A stretch of 64,000 bases of DNA, from the NCBI GenBank assembly GCA_964187785.1, contig OZ076409.1:78246001-78310000 (forward strand). Reading direction: 5' to 3'. This stretch comes from Amphiscolops sp. MND2022 (taxonomy: Eukaryota). The translations under genes were made by a program, and so were the position numbers. Under the pieces are notes generated by a model that saw nothing but the letters and a program-made list of their open reading frames with translations, searched no databases and was not told where the DNA came from. Position 1 is the stretch's first letter. Each line of letters opens with the position of its first letter. Positions 1 through 12,400 of this stretch are shown one piece after another.

Positions 1-1457
1 AAGCACTATAGTGAAATACCCGGATGCTAACATTTGCTAAATTTCATGTAAATTGTATTTAAATATGGAAATACATGAAATGTTATGTAATCATGTCGCC
101 CCGGACGCGCTGTCCAAATTCATTCTCAGCCAATCGGGTACTTCTATTTGGATCAGTGCTAATATTTAAAAGCCACCAAGGCTACTCGCCTTACGTCATC
201 ATTTAATTATGACGAGTTGACTTTTAGTCCCAATTTAGATTTTAAGTGCTGTTTACTTCCATTAAATGGCCAATCACGGCTGTCCACCTGAATAATTCAC
301 AGCTGTCTCACTTATGGCTAGTGGACACGTAGTCCCACATTAGGATTGGCATATAATTGAATTCAAGTGCAGTGCTAAGACTGGATAAATTGTCCTTCCC
401 CCTTTTTGGTATCGCCTTATAGGTGAAATGACCAATATTGAGTGTAAAGTTAATCACTGTCATGGCAAATACGAATATATTTTGTTGCCCTTATGGCCCA
501 GTGTTATGATGATACATGAAAAGTGCATGTATTGTTTCATTATCTAGAGTTACATGTAGTCACGTTACGGTTAGTAATATTACGTTGATGTAGACCGTGA
601 GGCTGCATAAACAATTTGTGCCGACAAGGCTTTGATGCTATTATTAGGACGACGAATTACGTCACCAGATATTTGTAGTGACACGTTGTACCATTTATTA
701 CCATTTTTACATATTGTGTTCTAAAAATAGTTTCATGACTTCCATATTTTGTATGTCATGCATATGTTAGTATAAATACTTGGGACTCCTAGTCCCGGGG
801 ACACAATTTTAATTTGTATCTCTATTGATGAGACCTTTTGTCAAACTCACTTCTTTTTACCATAAAAGAAGTAATTGACTTCTTTCCCTGCAAACACTTT
901 CTGCAACAAGAAGACAATATACTGAACTAGACATTCTAGAGAAATAGACATGAGGTCCAATGATAACAACAGGGACATGATGCTTGGTGGAAACAATTCA
1001 AATTCTACAGAAAGGAAATTCGAGATCGTAATGAATCATTCTCTTGGCCAAGGTGACACCGAGGCCATTCTTACTTACAAAATTCCTAAACAGCAAAATG
1101 AGAATAGAAACATCCGCTGTAGAATTGAGACCACTAGGTCAGATAGACACTTAGAGTCCATGGGAATGTTTTCAGTGGAATTGAATCTCAGGTTGTCCCA
1201 AGTGACGGATTCACTTATGAACATCCTACAAGTCCAGATAACTAGAGCAATCAATTCTGCCATCAGTGATAGAGTGATCCCAGAGATTCCAAATGCTATG
1301 GATACGCTGTCTTCAGGACAAAGAGACACTAAGTTCAGTTCGTCACCAAATAATCAAGAAGATCAAGAAGGATCAAACGGGCTCAAAGCTAAAATTACAA
1401 AAAAGGACTCAAGGTCCGCCTTTGATTTGAGAGACACAGAGGGCCAGAGTCCTTACA
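1..1457 (+). repeat. 5' LTR (partial) of element 1
   Basis: Direct repeat of 6349-7791; ends in CA before TGG; contains TATAAATA (~770) and gag N-terminal coding sequence. Confidence 0.85.
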
Positions 1458-2507
1458 TGGTGGCAGGAGTTAACGACACCCAGCGACCAATTCCTGAATT
1501 CCTGACTGGACGTTTCCACTCGCACCCGAACCTTGAAAAACAGGAATAGGTCCATAATGTCTCAATGGACACAACGCTACCCATACCAGAAACTGCTATG
1601 CCTGGTTTTCTCAAAACTTGCTCAGTTCGTCAACAAATAGTCAGGAAGATCAAGAAGAATCAAACGGGCTCAAAACTAAAATTACAAAACAGGACTCAAG
1701 GTCCGCCTTTGATTTGAGAGACACAGAGGGCCAGAGTCCTTACATGGTGGCAGGAGTTAACGACACCCAGCGACCAATTCCTGAATTCCTGACTGGACGT
1801 TTCCACTCGCACCCGAACCTTGAAAAACAGGAATCGGTCCATTATGTCTCAATGGACACAACGCTACCCATACCAGAAACTGCTATGCCTGGTTTTCTCA
1901 AAACTTGCTCAGTTCGTCACCAAATAATCAGGAAGATCAAGAAGGATCAAACGGGCTCAAAACTAAAATTACAAAAAAGGACTCAAGGTCCGCCTTTGAT
2001 ATGAGAGACACAGAGGGCCAGAGTCCTTACATGGTGGCAGGAGTTAACGACACCCAGCGACCAATTCCTGACTGGACGTTTCCACTCGCACCCGAACCTT
2101 GAAAAACAGGAATCGGTCCATAATGTCTCAATGGACACAACGCTACCCATAACAGAAACTGCTATGCCTGGTTTTCTCAAAACTTGCTACCCAGTGGCCT
2201 TGACACAAATAAAGCAGCTCAATGCGCATATTGCTAGGCGACAAACCGTTTTTAGAAAAGCTATCCAAAACTGAAAAAAAAACTGAAAATGGAGCACAAA
2301 AGTGACAAAAAGCACCAGCGTCCAACATACCCTGAATGCCCAAAGTGCAGTAAAACAAACCGCACAGCCGAAAATTGTTGGAAAGGCGCAGGTGTGCATC
2401 TACGTCCCAAGAGGAATCAACCAAAAACAAACCCATCCCACAGACCAGGAGACGAGGGGGCCCCAATATCAATGACAAACAGTCAAGTGCCACATCAGGT
2501 ATTATAA
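950..2507 (+). pseudogene. gag: gag remnant: N-terminal part in the LTR, triplicated segment, C-terminal zinc knuckle
   Basis: ELNLRLSQVTDSLMN..QITRAINSAISDRVIP and IPEFLTGR match gag 24234-25928; YPECPKCSKTNRTAENCWKGAG matches YPECGTCGKKNHPEERCWQGAG. Confidence 0.8.
1335..2187 (+). repeat. Three tandem copies of a 287-bp unit (third has an 8-bp deletion) spanning LTR end and PBS
   Basis: TCAGTTCGTCA starts at 1335, 1622 and 1909. Confidence 0.92.
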
Positions 2508-2744
2508 TCTCTCAGAAACCAAATTGAAAAAACTAAATGCGCCACGACTTCAAAAGAATGAACCGTGTCAGAACGACAATACGTCTTCTCCAGTTACAAA
2601 TACTATCCAGACTATCCACTTACAAATAAAAAAAAGGATCCGAACACGTCTACACGACGAACAGAAAACGATTTGTATACAATTTAGTGGGAATCAGACT
2701 TCTATTTCAAAGTATTTGAGCCGAGAAAAGAAAATTGGACCGAC

Positions 2745-3135
2745 GTGGCCAAACGCCTGCCGAACGACGACACAAGCGGCGGTGTGGACTATTACGTCGT
2801 TGAAAATGAACACAACAGCGTAAACGAAAACGAACGCTGCAGCGAGAAAAGGAGTGCAAATGTCGTCACCGAGAATGAAATACAGCCGACACCGGCCAAC
2901 AGCCGTGACACGGCGTCCCCATTGTATGAATCGCCTAGTGAGAAAGAAAATGAAAGTGACGTCACTAATGAATTAGGCGATGCGGAAATTGTTCCAAACG
3001 GAGGCGCAGATTTTACTGTGCCTGGAATATCGGAAAATTAAGAAATTGATGAAAATACGAGTACTAGAGGCGATAATACAAATACTATCTTCAACCTAAC
3101 CCACGCCCAACGATACTGAGGAATACAGTTACTAG
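2745..3135 (+). pseudogene. pol C-terminal tail remnant
   Basis: GGADFTVPGISEN resembles GDDIIVPEISEN at the end of pol in the big element; DYYV resembles DYVI. Confidence 0.6.
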
Positions 3136-5849
3136 TCAGAAAATTAAATAGCTAGTCCTTTTTCTCTATTCGCCCACGTGGACATGTATCTTATTTGGGA
3201 CTGTTCTAACTATATGTTTTGAATTTTCATGAACAAATTATATCTTCAGACAAGTACATCAAAAATGGCGAATAATACAATAATAGCAACAAACTGTCTG
3301 CAAGCACAATAATACAATAAATACAAATCCAGTTTGAAATACAACAGAAATAAATTGGAAACAAATGTACACTATGTACATTTAGGATTTGATGAACTTG
3401 GCCCTGTTTCCTGTACAGTCTCTGTAACCCAGGACGACGCGCTACCACTCTCTTCATTTGATGAACTAGGGGTCAATATGTCCGCTTGACTGCTAATTGG
3501 CCCAGCAGTTCGCTCATTTGTCTTATACGCAGTATCTTCAGTCACCAGGAATATAGTAATCTGCTGGAGCTCATTATTATTTTCCGACCCACATTTTCAA
3601 TGGGGAGGAAAATCATCATCTGTGTTGCGTTTTCTTTTCAAATTCTGCCAAAACGCCACGTTGTACAACTCCACTCCGCATACTTAGTCTCCCTGAAGAG
3701 CTTTCATCCTTCATACTGAGATGGAAATGATATCTAAAGTAAAAATGGGATTAAGATCTAAAGGGAATAAGATCTAAAATCACCTAATTTCAGATCTTAT
3801 TATTTAGATCCTATTCCCATTCCAAAATAGCTATGGCTCAAGTGATGAAGGCGAAAAGGGAGGAAAATATCCCGATGCTTAGCGGGCGTCTTGTCTTCAG
3901 AATGTTGTGTTGGATTTTCTCCAAGTTGTTCTTCAGACAATATGTCTAAATAGAAATATATTCAAGCGGGAACCTTCCTGAACTAGAGTCAATTTACCGC
4001 ATATAAAATCTCCCCGGGAGTACATTGAATTGAACTCAGGTGAACATTTGTGTTATATGGACAGGAAGTACATGAACAAGATGAAAGCCTTGATCAAGCC
4101 TCTTCAAGTTCAAAATTAAAAATCGAAACTAATGAAAGAAAACTTTCATAACAACTTACCTATATGGATATCTGCTGGGAAAATGATGGCTGTTGCGTCT
4201 AAATTGAAACTGTTGGACTGTTGGTCGTAATTATAGAAAGGAAATTGCAAACACAGTAGGAAGACGATTGAAAAGGAAGCTGGGACAAAACTCAACGGTG
4301 ATAATCCAAGGATGACCAAGGATGTCTGCAGAAAAAGGGATAGATGGACGAAGTATACCAAGAAGATTAAATGCAACGTTGGTTAAATACTGAGAAATTT
4401 AAAAGATTAATAAAAGAATTGAGTGGAGAAATGGGCAATGTAACAAAGAATGACAAAATGTCGATGAAAAAACTGGAGTTCGTGGCTATTCAATTTATTG
4501 TCAAATTTACAGTTATTTGGACTTGATGTCAAATACGTGTCAACTTATGGATTTTCACAAAACCTGCGAGCGGAATCTCCTGAGAAAGATTACATTTTTG
4601 ACAAACAGATGAAACGACCCTATTGGCCGACGAAAAACCGAAGGTTGGCCGAAAAAGTTCTCATACAAAACTAAAAAACTAATATTTAGAGCTGTTCGTT
4701 TATTTGATTTTTGTTGTTGATGCACTAATAAAATCAGGCCGAATACGGCTAATTGCCTTTCACGATAATATACGTAATGGCGGAGAGCCGGATACACACG
4801 ATTATTTACTTCGTACTTTGTGCTATACTTCGATGTGTTGATGTGCTAATTTGTTGCCTTCAAATGGAAAGCCTGTTACGGCAGACGGCCGGCTACGGCC
4901 TTAATCGTCATTCAATTGCTGGTGCTGTTTACTTCTATTTTTAAATGCTAGTATTATGCAGTACTTCATTCAATTACTCTAGCTGTAATTCAATGGCTGA
5001 GTACGGCTATGCGCCGTAGACAGCCATGCAGTAGTCGGCGCTTGGACGACAAGGCCTTATTATTACAAAAGTTTGATGCTACTGTTTCCAGCGCTGTATT
5101 ATTATTGTTCAAATGTCTTTTCGCTTGGCGTGGTGGACCACGTGTCCAAATTTAGACTGACCATCAGAAGAGTTTATATATTTTATATTATTAGTGCTGC
5201 GATTAGAAAGGTGTACGTGCTCAGTTAAATTAAAGGCCGAGTACGGCTATGCGTTTAGACAGACCACAGGTCCGTATTTTTTATTATCCAATCACAAGCC
5301 ACCATTCAGTGCTCTTAATAATTGTACGCAGTAAATAGAATTAAAAGCCACGCTGGCCATGCAAAACTTAGTGACGTCCTAATAGGACGGACAGCCATTG
5401 TGGCTTTCCTTCATTTGACGCGATGCTATTAACTTGTCAATTGTTGCGCTATTATAAAGCAGTTGAAATGTATTTTATTCAATACTTGTTGATGCTTTGA
5501 AACCAGTGGTTGATGTCCCTTGGCCATCAAGGCCAAGGACAGTCCACCAATCCTTGATATTAGAAAAAAGTCCCCACCCAATGTTTTATCCATTCACCTG
5601 TGTTAAAGGACATGATGGCCATAATCCAAAACCACCTTTGTACTCATGCAGAGTATTATGTAACCATGTCACATGTATTATGAGTGTTGCAAAATGTTGT
5701 GGACATGAAGGCCATATAGTTTGTTGCTTCTATACATGTGAAATGTTTTCCTTACAGTATATGAAATGATTGGAACGTGTGTCGTCATCATTTGAGAGAC
5801 TCATTGTCCTAATAAACAAATGTGACCAAAGTGCCACGGCGCTAATGAA

Positions 5850-6102
5850 TTGCTCAGATTGTGTGGTTTGTGGCAAGACGGTTCAATAAATCCAGAGTGA
5901 AGCTGTTAATGATTATTTGGCCCGGACGATGATCCCAAATGAAACCCTAGCAGAGACAGCGGCTAGGAGAAAAGCCTTTTTGGACGGTATGTCAGCAGGG
6001 ACGTTTCTCCTTATGCCAGGGGGAGTTTCACAGGCCGCCACCTGTGACCTTATTGTATTTTATGTTCCTTTGCCTGTCGTCTCGGACAGCCAGTCCGGTT
6101 GA
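5850..6102 (+). pseudogene. Remnant of the LTR-proximal accessory ORF (homolog of 36562-37347)
   Basis: CVVCGKTVQ*IQSEAVNDYLARTMIPNE..RRKAFLDGMSAG..VSQAATCD aligns with CMVCGKSRDQIKAEKVNWYMQRSTPSSE..RREAYENGLNAG..VSQAAACD. Confidence 0.8.
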
Positions 6103-7791
6103 ATTTAGACCAATCATATTGCAGTATTAGTATGAGTGCTCTGACTTAGTGGTTTTAATTAATGGACACAATGGCCGTTCACCGCTTGTCAACTAATAAA
6201 CCAGTACGTTTGCGGCAATCGGACATTGAGTCCTAAATAAAACAAAAACTGTTGTTTAAAGTGCTCTGACCGAATTATTGGTGCTAATTGACAGTGAAAT
6301 AGTTTTGATTGGTAAAAGGCATTGTACTAGCTGTCCCTCATGTATTTGAAGCACTATAGTGAAATAACCGGATGCTAACATTTGCTAATTTTCATTTAAA
6401 TTGTATTTAAATATGGAAATACATGAAATGTTATGTAATCATGTCGCCTTGGACGCGCTTCTCAGAAAATCAGGTGCTTCTATTTGGATCAGTGCTATTA
6501 TTTAAAAGCCATCAAGGCTACTCGCCTTACGTCATCATTTAATTATGATGAGTTGACTTTGAGTCTCAATTTAGATTTTAAGTGCTGTTAACTTTCATTT
6601 ACTGGCCATTCACGGCTGTCTACCCAAATAATTCACTGCTGTCTCACTTATGGCTAGTGGACACGTAGTCCCAAATAAAGATTGGCATATTATTGAATTC
6701 AAGTGCAGTGCTAAGACTGGACAATTTGTCCTTCATCCTTTTTGGTATCGCCTTAAAGGTGAAATGACCAATATTGAGTGTAAAATTATTCACTGTTATG
6801 GCATATACGAGTATATTTTGTTGCCCTTATGGCCCAGCGTTATGATGATACATGAAAAGTGCATGTATTGTTTCATTATTTAGAGTTACATGTAGTCACG
6901 TTACGGTTAATTATATTACGTTGATGTAGACCGTGAGGTTGCATAAAGAATTTGTGCCGACAAGGATTTGCTGCTATTAGTAGGATGACGAATTACGTCA
7001 CCAGATACTTGTAGTGACACGTTGTACCATTTAATACTATTTTTAGATATTGTGTTCTAAAAATAGTTTCATGACTTTCCATATTTTGTATGTCATGCAT
7101 ATTTTAGTATAAATACTTGGGACTCCTAGACCTGGGGACACAATTTTGGTTTGTAACTCTATTGTCGAGACCGATTGTCAAAATCACTTTATTTTACCAT
7201 AAAAGTAATTGACTTCTTTCTCTGCAAGCACTGTCTTCAACAAGAAGACAAAAGACTGAACTAGACATTCTAGAGAATTGGACATGAGGTCCAATGATAA
7301 CAACAGGGACATGAAGCTTGGAGGAAACAATTCAAATTCTGCAGAAAGGAAATTCGAGATCGTAATAAATCATTCTCTTGGCCAAGGTGACATCGAGGCT
7401 ATTCCTACTTAGAAAATTCCTTCACAGCAAAATGAGAATAGAAACATCAGCTGTAGAATTGAGACCACTAGGTCAGATAGACACTTAGAGTCCATGGGAA
7501 TGTTTTCAGGGGAATTGAATCTCAGGTTGTCCCAAGTGACGGATTCACTTATGAACATCCTACAAGTCCAGATAACTAGAGCGATCAATTCTGCCATCAA
7601 TGACAGAGTGATCCCAGAGATTCAAAATGCTATGTGTACGCTGTCTTCAGGACAGAGGGACACTGAGTACGGTTCGTCACCAAATAATCAGGAAAATAGA
7701 GAAGGATCAAATGGGCTCAAAACTAAAATTACAAAAAAGGACTCAAGGTCTCCCTTTGATTTAAGAGACACAGAGGGCCAGAGTCCTTACA
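6026..7791 (+). repeat. 3' LTR of element 1
   Basis: Matches 1-1457 over 6349-7791. Start inferred from a purine run AGGGGGAG and positional homology to the LTR start of the big element. Confidence 0.75.
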
Positions 7792-9123
7792 TGGGGAAAA
7801 GACCTTTTCGCGAAAGTAAGGTGTAAAAGTTTTAGGGGAATCGAAAATCAACAACAACTTGACAATTCTTTCCTGGCTTTGGAAATATTTAATCCAAATT
7901 TTGTTCGAATTGGACATGTTTGACCTGCCAAGCAATCAGATGATATGCATTTTGATAGATTGAAAAACTGGGCAATGCAATCGTTATTCTATGAAGGCTG
8001 ACTAAATTTTTAAATGAGAAAAATTAGAGAAGTTTCTTCCAGTCATTGGGTCAATCATTGTTACAGCGTCCAATAAGACCATAACTAAAAACCCTATCCT
8101 ACTTGCTTCAATTCAGCAAAAACTCATCATTTGAACAAGAGTGACAGATCAAGACCTAAAATCTTAAGAGAAGACTCACTTTTCTGATTTCTTGAGTGAA
8201 GTATTAGAAAAAATGCAACAGAAGCGTATCATCAACTTTTGTGAGAATATCGAATTTTGAAACCCCGAAATTTGAGTTCAGATCAAAGATGTCATGAATA
8301 TATCAAAAAACAATTACAAAGTACATGCTATCTGCAGGCAGGGCAAACGTGCAGATCAAACGTGCTTGATAGCTTTTTCAAAAAGCCTTAGATACCCTTG
8401 ATTACGATGTCTTTCCAAAGATTATGAAACAGTACGCATTTGGGGAATTAAAGTTTGATATAATACAACACTATCTTGAGAGTCAAGCCACTTTGCTCAT
8501 ACAATGATTGAACAAGTGAACATGCCAATGAAAGCGTTCCGAAACGTCGGATTCTGACGGTATTTTTTCTCCCAACTATTACAGAACTGTCGGAAAAAGC
8601 AAATGATTGAAGAACAGTTTGCGAAAAATATACAATTAAAGCCATGGAATAAAAAATTTTTGCCCTTTTGTCGACGCAGATACTGAAATAACTACGTGTA
8701 TTGAAAACCTATGTGCCTAGTTTGGTTCCCGGGCAAGGTCTAGAAGAGCACTAATGATCATACTTCGTCCTTTTTTGATGTACATGTTTCTAAAAGATTG
8801 ACGTTTTGGTTTTCATTGATACTAGATACTTGATTGTCTAATTTAATGAAACTGCTCTTTCTATAACTACCCTTTCTATATAACATCCAAATAAACTAAT
8901 TTTTGTTTCTTTTTTTTTAAACGTCTCATAGCCAGAATGGACTGTGTCAAAATATATTCAACACAAAAACAAAATTATTGCCCTGTTCCTTGCTTTTCCG
9001 AAGTTTCACAGCATGTTAATTATAGGTGAACCACCAGTTCTGGTCATGTTTTCTCACTGCCAGAGATATATACGAATTGTTTCAAGACGTTGCTGTGGAC
9101 CCATCGGACATCTGAAACTCAAA

Positions 9124-9205
9124 ATGGTGACCCTCCGGACAAACCTACCATGTGAATTGGCTAAACTTTTTGGAAGCTATGTAGTGAATAGCTGGAAGCT
9201 GCTGG
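9124..9205 (+). CDS. ABHD13: ABHD13-like hydrolase, putative coding exon 1 (MVTLRTNLPCELAKLFGSYVVNSWKLL)
   Basis: A phase-1 GT donor at 9206 fits the phase-1 acceptor at 13659 and gives an N-terminus of about the expected length. The donor (GTGTGC) is weak. Confidence 0.5.
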
Positions 9206-9481
9206 GTGTGCAACATGCTACACGATGCTCCTTGTCAGCATTTCAGCCAAAATTGCTTCTGATACTCTGTTGATTAAAACAGATACAAAAATTCGATTAT
9301 ACAATGTCAAGAAAAAATAATACGTATCACCTAGGGTGGACAGCGAACCGTACTGGTCCGCGGTCCGCAGCCCACACCTCAGCTAAAACCGGTCCGCGCG
9401 CATTTGTGTATTTTGTCTAGTTGAGTTTGTTTGCGCATTCTATTATTCTGTATATTCTGTAAGTATTTCAGTTGTGTAATT

Positions 9482-12400
9482 ATGTCTTCAAATAAACGGC
9501 CGCGTTACGACGACCTCTATGTAATAAGCAATGACCGTGCCAAATGCAAACAGCCAGATTGCAATGCAAAAATCGGGAACCAGTCTCCCTCTTAATAATT
9601 ACAAGAACAAGCACCCACGGGAACTGGAGGAATATTTCAAGAAACGCTCACCTGATCAACAAGAAGTCACCTCACTTTTCAATGCAACTGCCAACGCAGA
9701 AAAATTCAATGAGAAGGAGAAGCTTGCTATTGCATTTTGTATGGGTAAACACAGCCTCCCGTTCTCATTTTTCGATGACAAGGTTATGAGATGGGGCTTT
9801 GGAATCACTTATTGTGGACATGCAGTGCGACGATCCGTCGAGGACCTGCATGCGCGCATTCAGGAGTCCGTAAATGAAGCTTTAAAGAATATCATATGAT
9901 AAAGGGTTCACTCGCCATCGATGGCTGGGCGAATCCAACAACAAGTGTTGAAACCCGTTGGAACTCAATTTATGACAGATTGGTCGATATAGTGAATCGA
10001 AATGTATGCGAAACCCATGAAGAATTGCAACTTCTGCAATGAGCTATAACCTTGGTCAAACCGATAATCGATTTACTGAACTACTCACGGGCAAACAAGG
10101 CATCTTGGTTCACATTTCTCCGGAAATTTCGTGACCTGAAACAGGATGCAGCTTCTCCAGCAATAGTGGCATCTGCAATGGCGAAGTACGAGAAATATAC
10201 TGAGAACAACATTTCGGCTATAATTGACTCCATCTACATTGGTGCTGAACTCAATTCACGTTCTCAAGCTTGGCTTAGGTCACTTTCTCCGGACCGAAGT
10301 AACGACCTGGATCATGTCCAAATGATGAATTCTATTTCAGCAACTGCTGAAGATGATGTGCTGCGGAAGCTGTATAAATTCCGAGAATTGGTACTGGATA
10401 GACTCTTTCTCAGCGAAGCAGAAGTTGAGCGGGTCTTTTCGGCACATATGAACATTCATATTCCTTGCAATATTCCCACAATAAGTGAGTACAGTACCAA
10501 GCTGTCTTTTTCGCGTATATTTCACAACTTCATAACGGCTATTTTATTTTGTTATCATGTCCTGGATCATGTCCAAATGATGAATTCTATTTCAGCAACT
10601 GCTGAAGATGATGTGCTGCGGAAGCTGTATAAATTCTGAGAATTGGTACTGGATAGACTCTTTCTCAGCGAAGCAGAAGTTGAGCGGGTCTTTTCGGCAC
10701 ATATGAACATTCATATTCCTTGCAATATTCCCACAATAAGTGAGTACAGTACCAAGCTGTCTTTTTCGCGTATATTTCACAACTTCATAACGGCTATTTT
10801 ATTTTGTTATCATGTCCTGGATCATGTCCAAATGATGAATTCTATTTCAGCAACTGCTGAAGATGATGTGCTGCGGAAGCTGTATAAATTCTGAGAATTG
10901 GTACTGGATAGACTCTTTCTCAGCGAAGCAGAAGTTGAGCGGGTCTTTTCGGCACATATGAACATTCATATTCCTTGCAATATTCCCACAATAAGTGAGT
11001 ACAGTACCAAGCTGTCTTTTTCGCGTATATTTCACAACTTCATAACGGCTATTTTATTTTGTTATCATGTCCTGGATCATGTCCAAATGATGAATTCTAT
11101 TTCAGCAACTGCTGAAGATGATGTGCTGCGGAAGCTGTATAAATTCTGAGAATTGGTACTGGATAGACTCTTTCTCAGCGAAGCAGAAGTTCAGCGGGTC
11201 TTTTCGGCACATATGAACATTCATATTCCTTGCAATATTCCCACAATAAGTGAGTACAGTACCAAGCTGTCTTTTTCGCGTATATTTCACAACTTCATAA
11301 CGGCTATTTTATTTTGTTATCATGTCCTGGATCATGTCCAAATGATGAATTCTATTTCAGCAACTGCTGAAGATGATGTGCTGCGGAAGCTGTATAAATT
11401 CTGAGAATTGGTACTGGATAGACTCTTTCTCAGCGAAGCAGAAGTTGAGCGGGTCTTTTCGGCACATATGAACATTCATATTCCTTGCAATATTCCCACA
11501 ATAAGTGAGTACAGTACCAAGCTGTCTTTTTCGCGTATATTTCACAACTTCATAACGGCTATTTTATTTTGTTATCATGTCCTGGATCATGTCCAAATGA
11601 TGAATTCTATTTCAGCAACTGCTGAAGATGATGTGCTGCGGAAGCTGTATAAATTCCGAGAATTGGTACTGGATAGACTCTTTCTCAGCGAAGCAGAAGT
11701 TGAGCGGGTCTTTTCGGCACATATGAACATTCATACTAAGATCAGAAGCTCACTCTCGCCGGATATTGTGGAGAAGGTCCTGTACGTTCGTTATATTTAC
11801 TCAAAGCAGAGCCGAGCATCTCTTGCAATATTCCCACAATAAGTGAGTACAGTACCAAGCTGTCTTTTTCGCGTATATTTCACAACTTCATAACGGCTAT
11901 TTTATTTTGTTATCATGTCCTGGATCATGTCCAAATGATGAATTCTATTTCAGCAACTGCTGAAGATGATGTGCTGCGGAAGCTGTATAAATTCTGAGAA
12001 TTGGTACTGGATAGACTCTTTCTCAGCGAAGCAGAAGTTGAGCGGGTCTTTTCGGCACATATGAACATTCATATTCCTTGCAATATTCCCACAATAAGTG
12101 AGTACAGTACCAAGCTGTCTTTTTCGCGTATATTTCACAACTTCATAACGGCTATTTTATTTTGTTATCATGTCCTGGATCATGTCCAAATGATGAATTC
12201 TATTTCAGCAACTGCTGAAGATGATGTGCTGCGGAAGCTGTATAAATTCCGAGAATTGGTACTGGATAGACTCTTTCTCAGCGAAGCAGAAGTTGAGCGG
12301 GTCTTTTCGGCACATATGAACATTCATACTAAGATCAGAAGCTCACTCTCGCCGGATATTGTGGAGAAGGTCCTGTACGTTCGTTATATTTACTCAAAGC

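Larger units (their letters stand above)
1..7791 (+). mobile_element. Internally deleted (non-autonomous) Ty3/Gypsy LTR element, relative of the 22875-39197 element; 5' end lies outside the window
   Basis: 1-1457 is repeated at 6349-7791. The 5' copy ends ...CCTTACA followed by PBS-like TGGTGGCAGGAG. Internal remnants match the big element's gag knuckle, slippery site, pol C-terminus and LTR-proximal ORF. No PR/RT/RH/IN seen. Confidence 0.85.
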
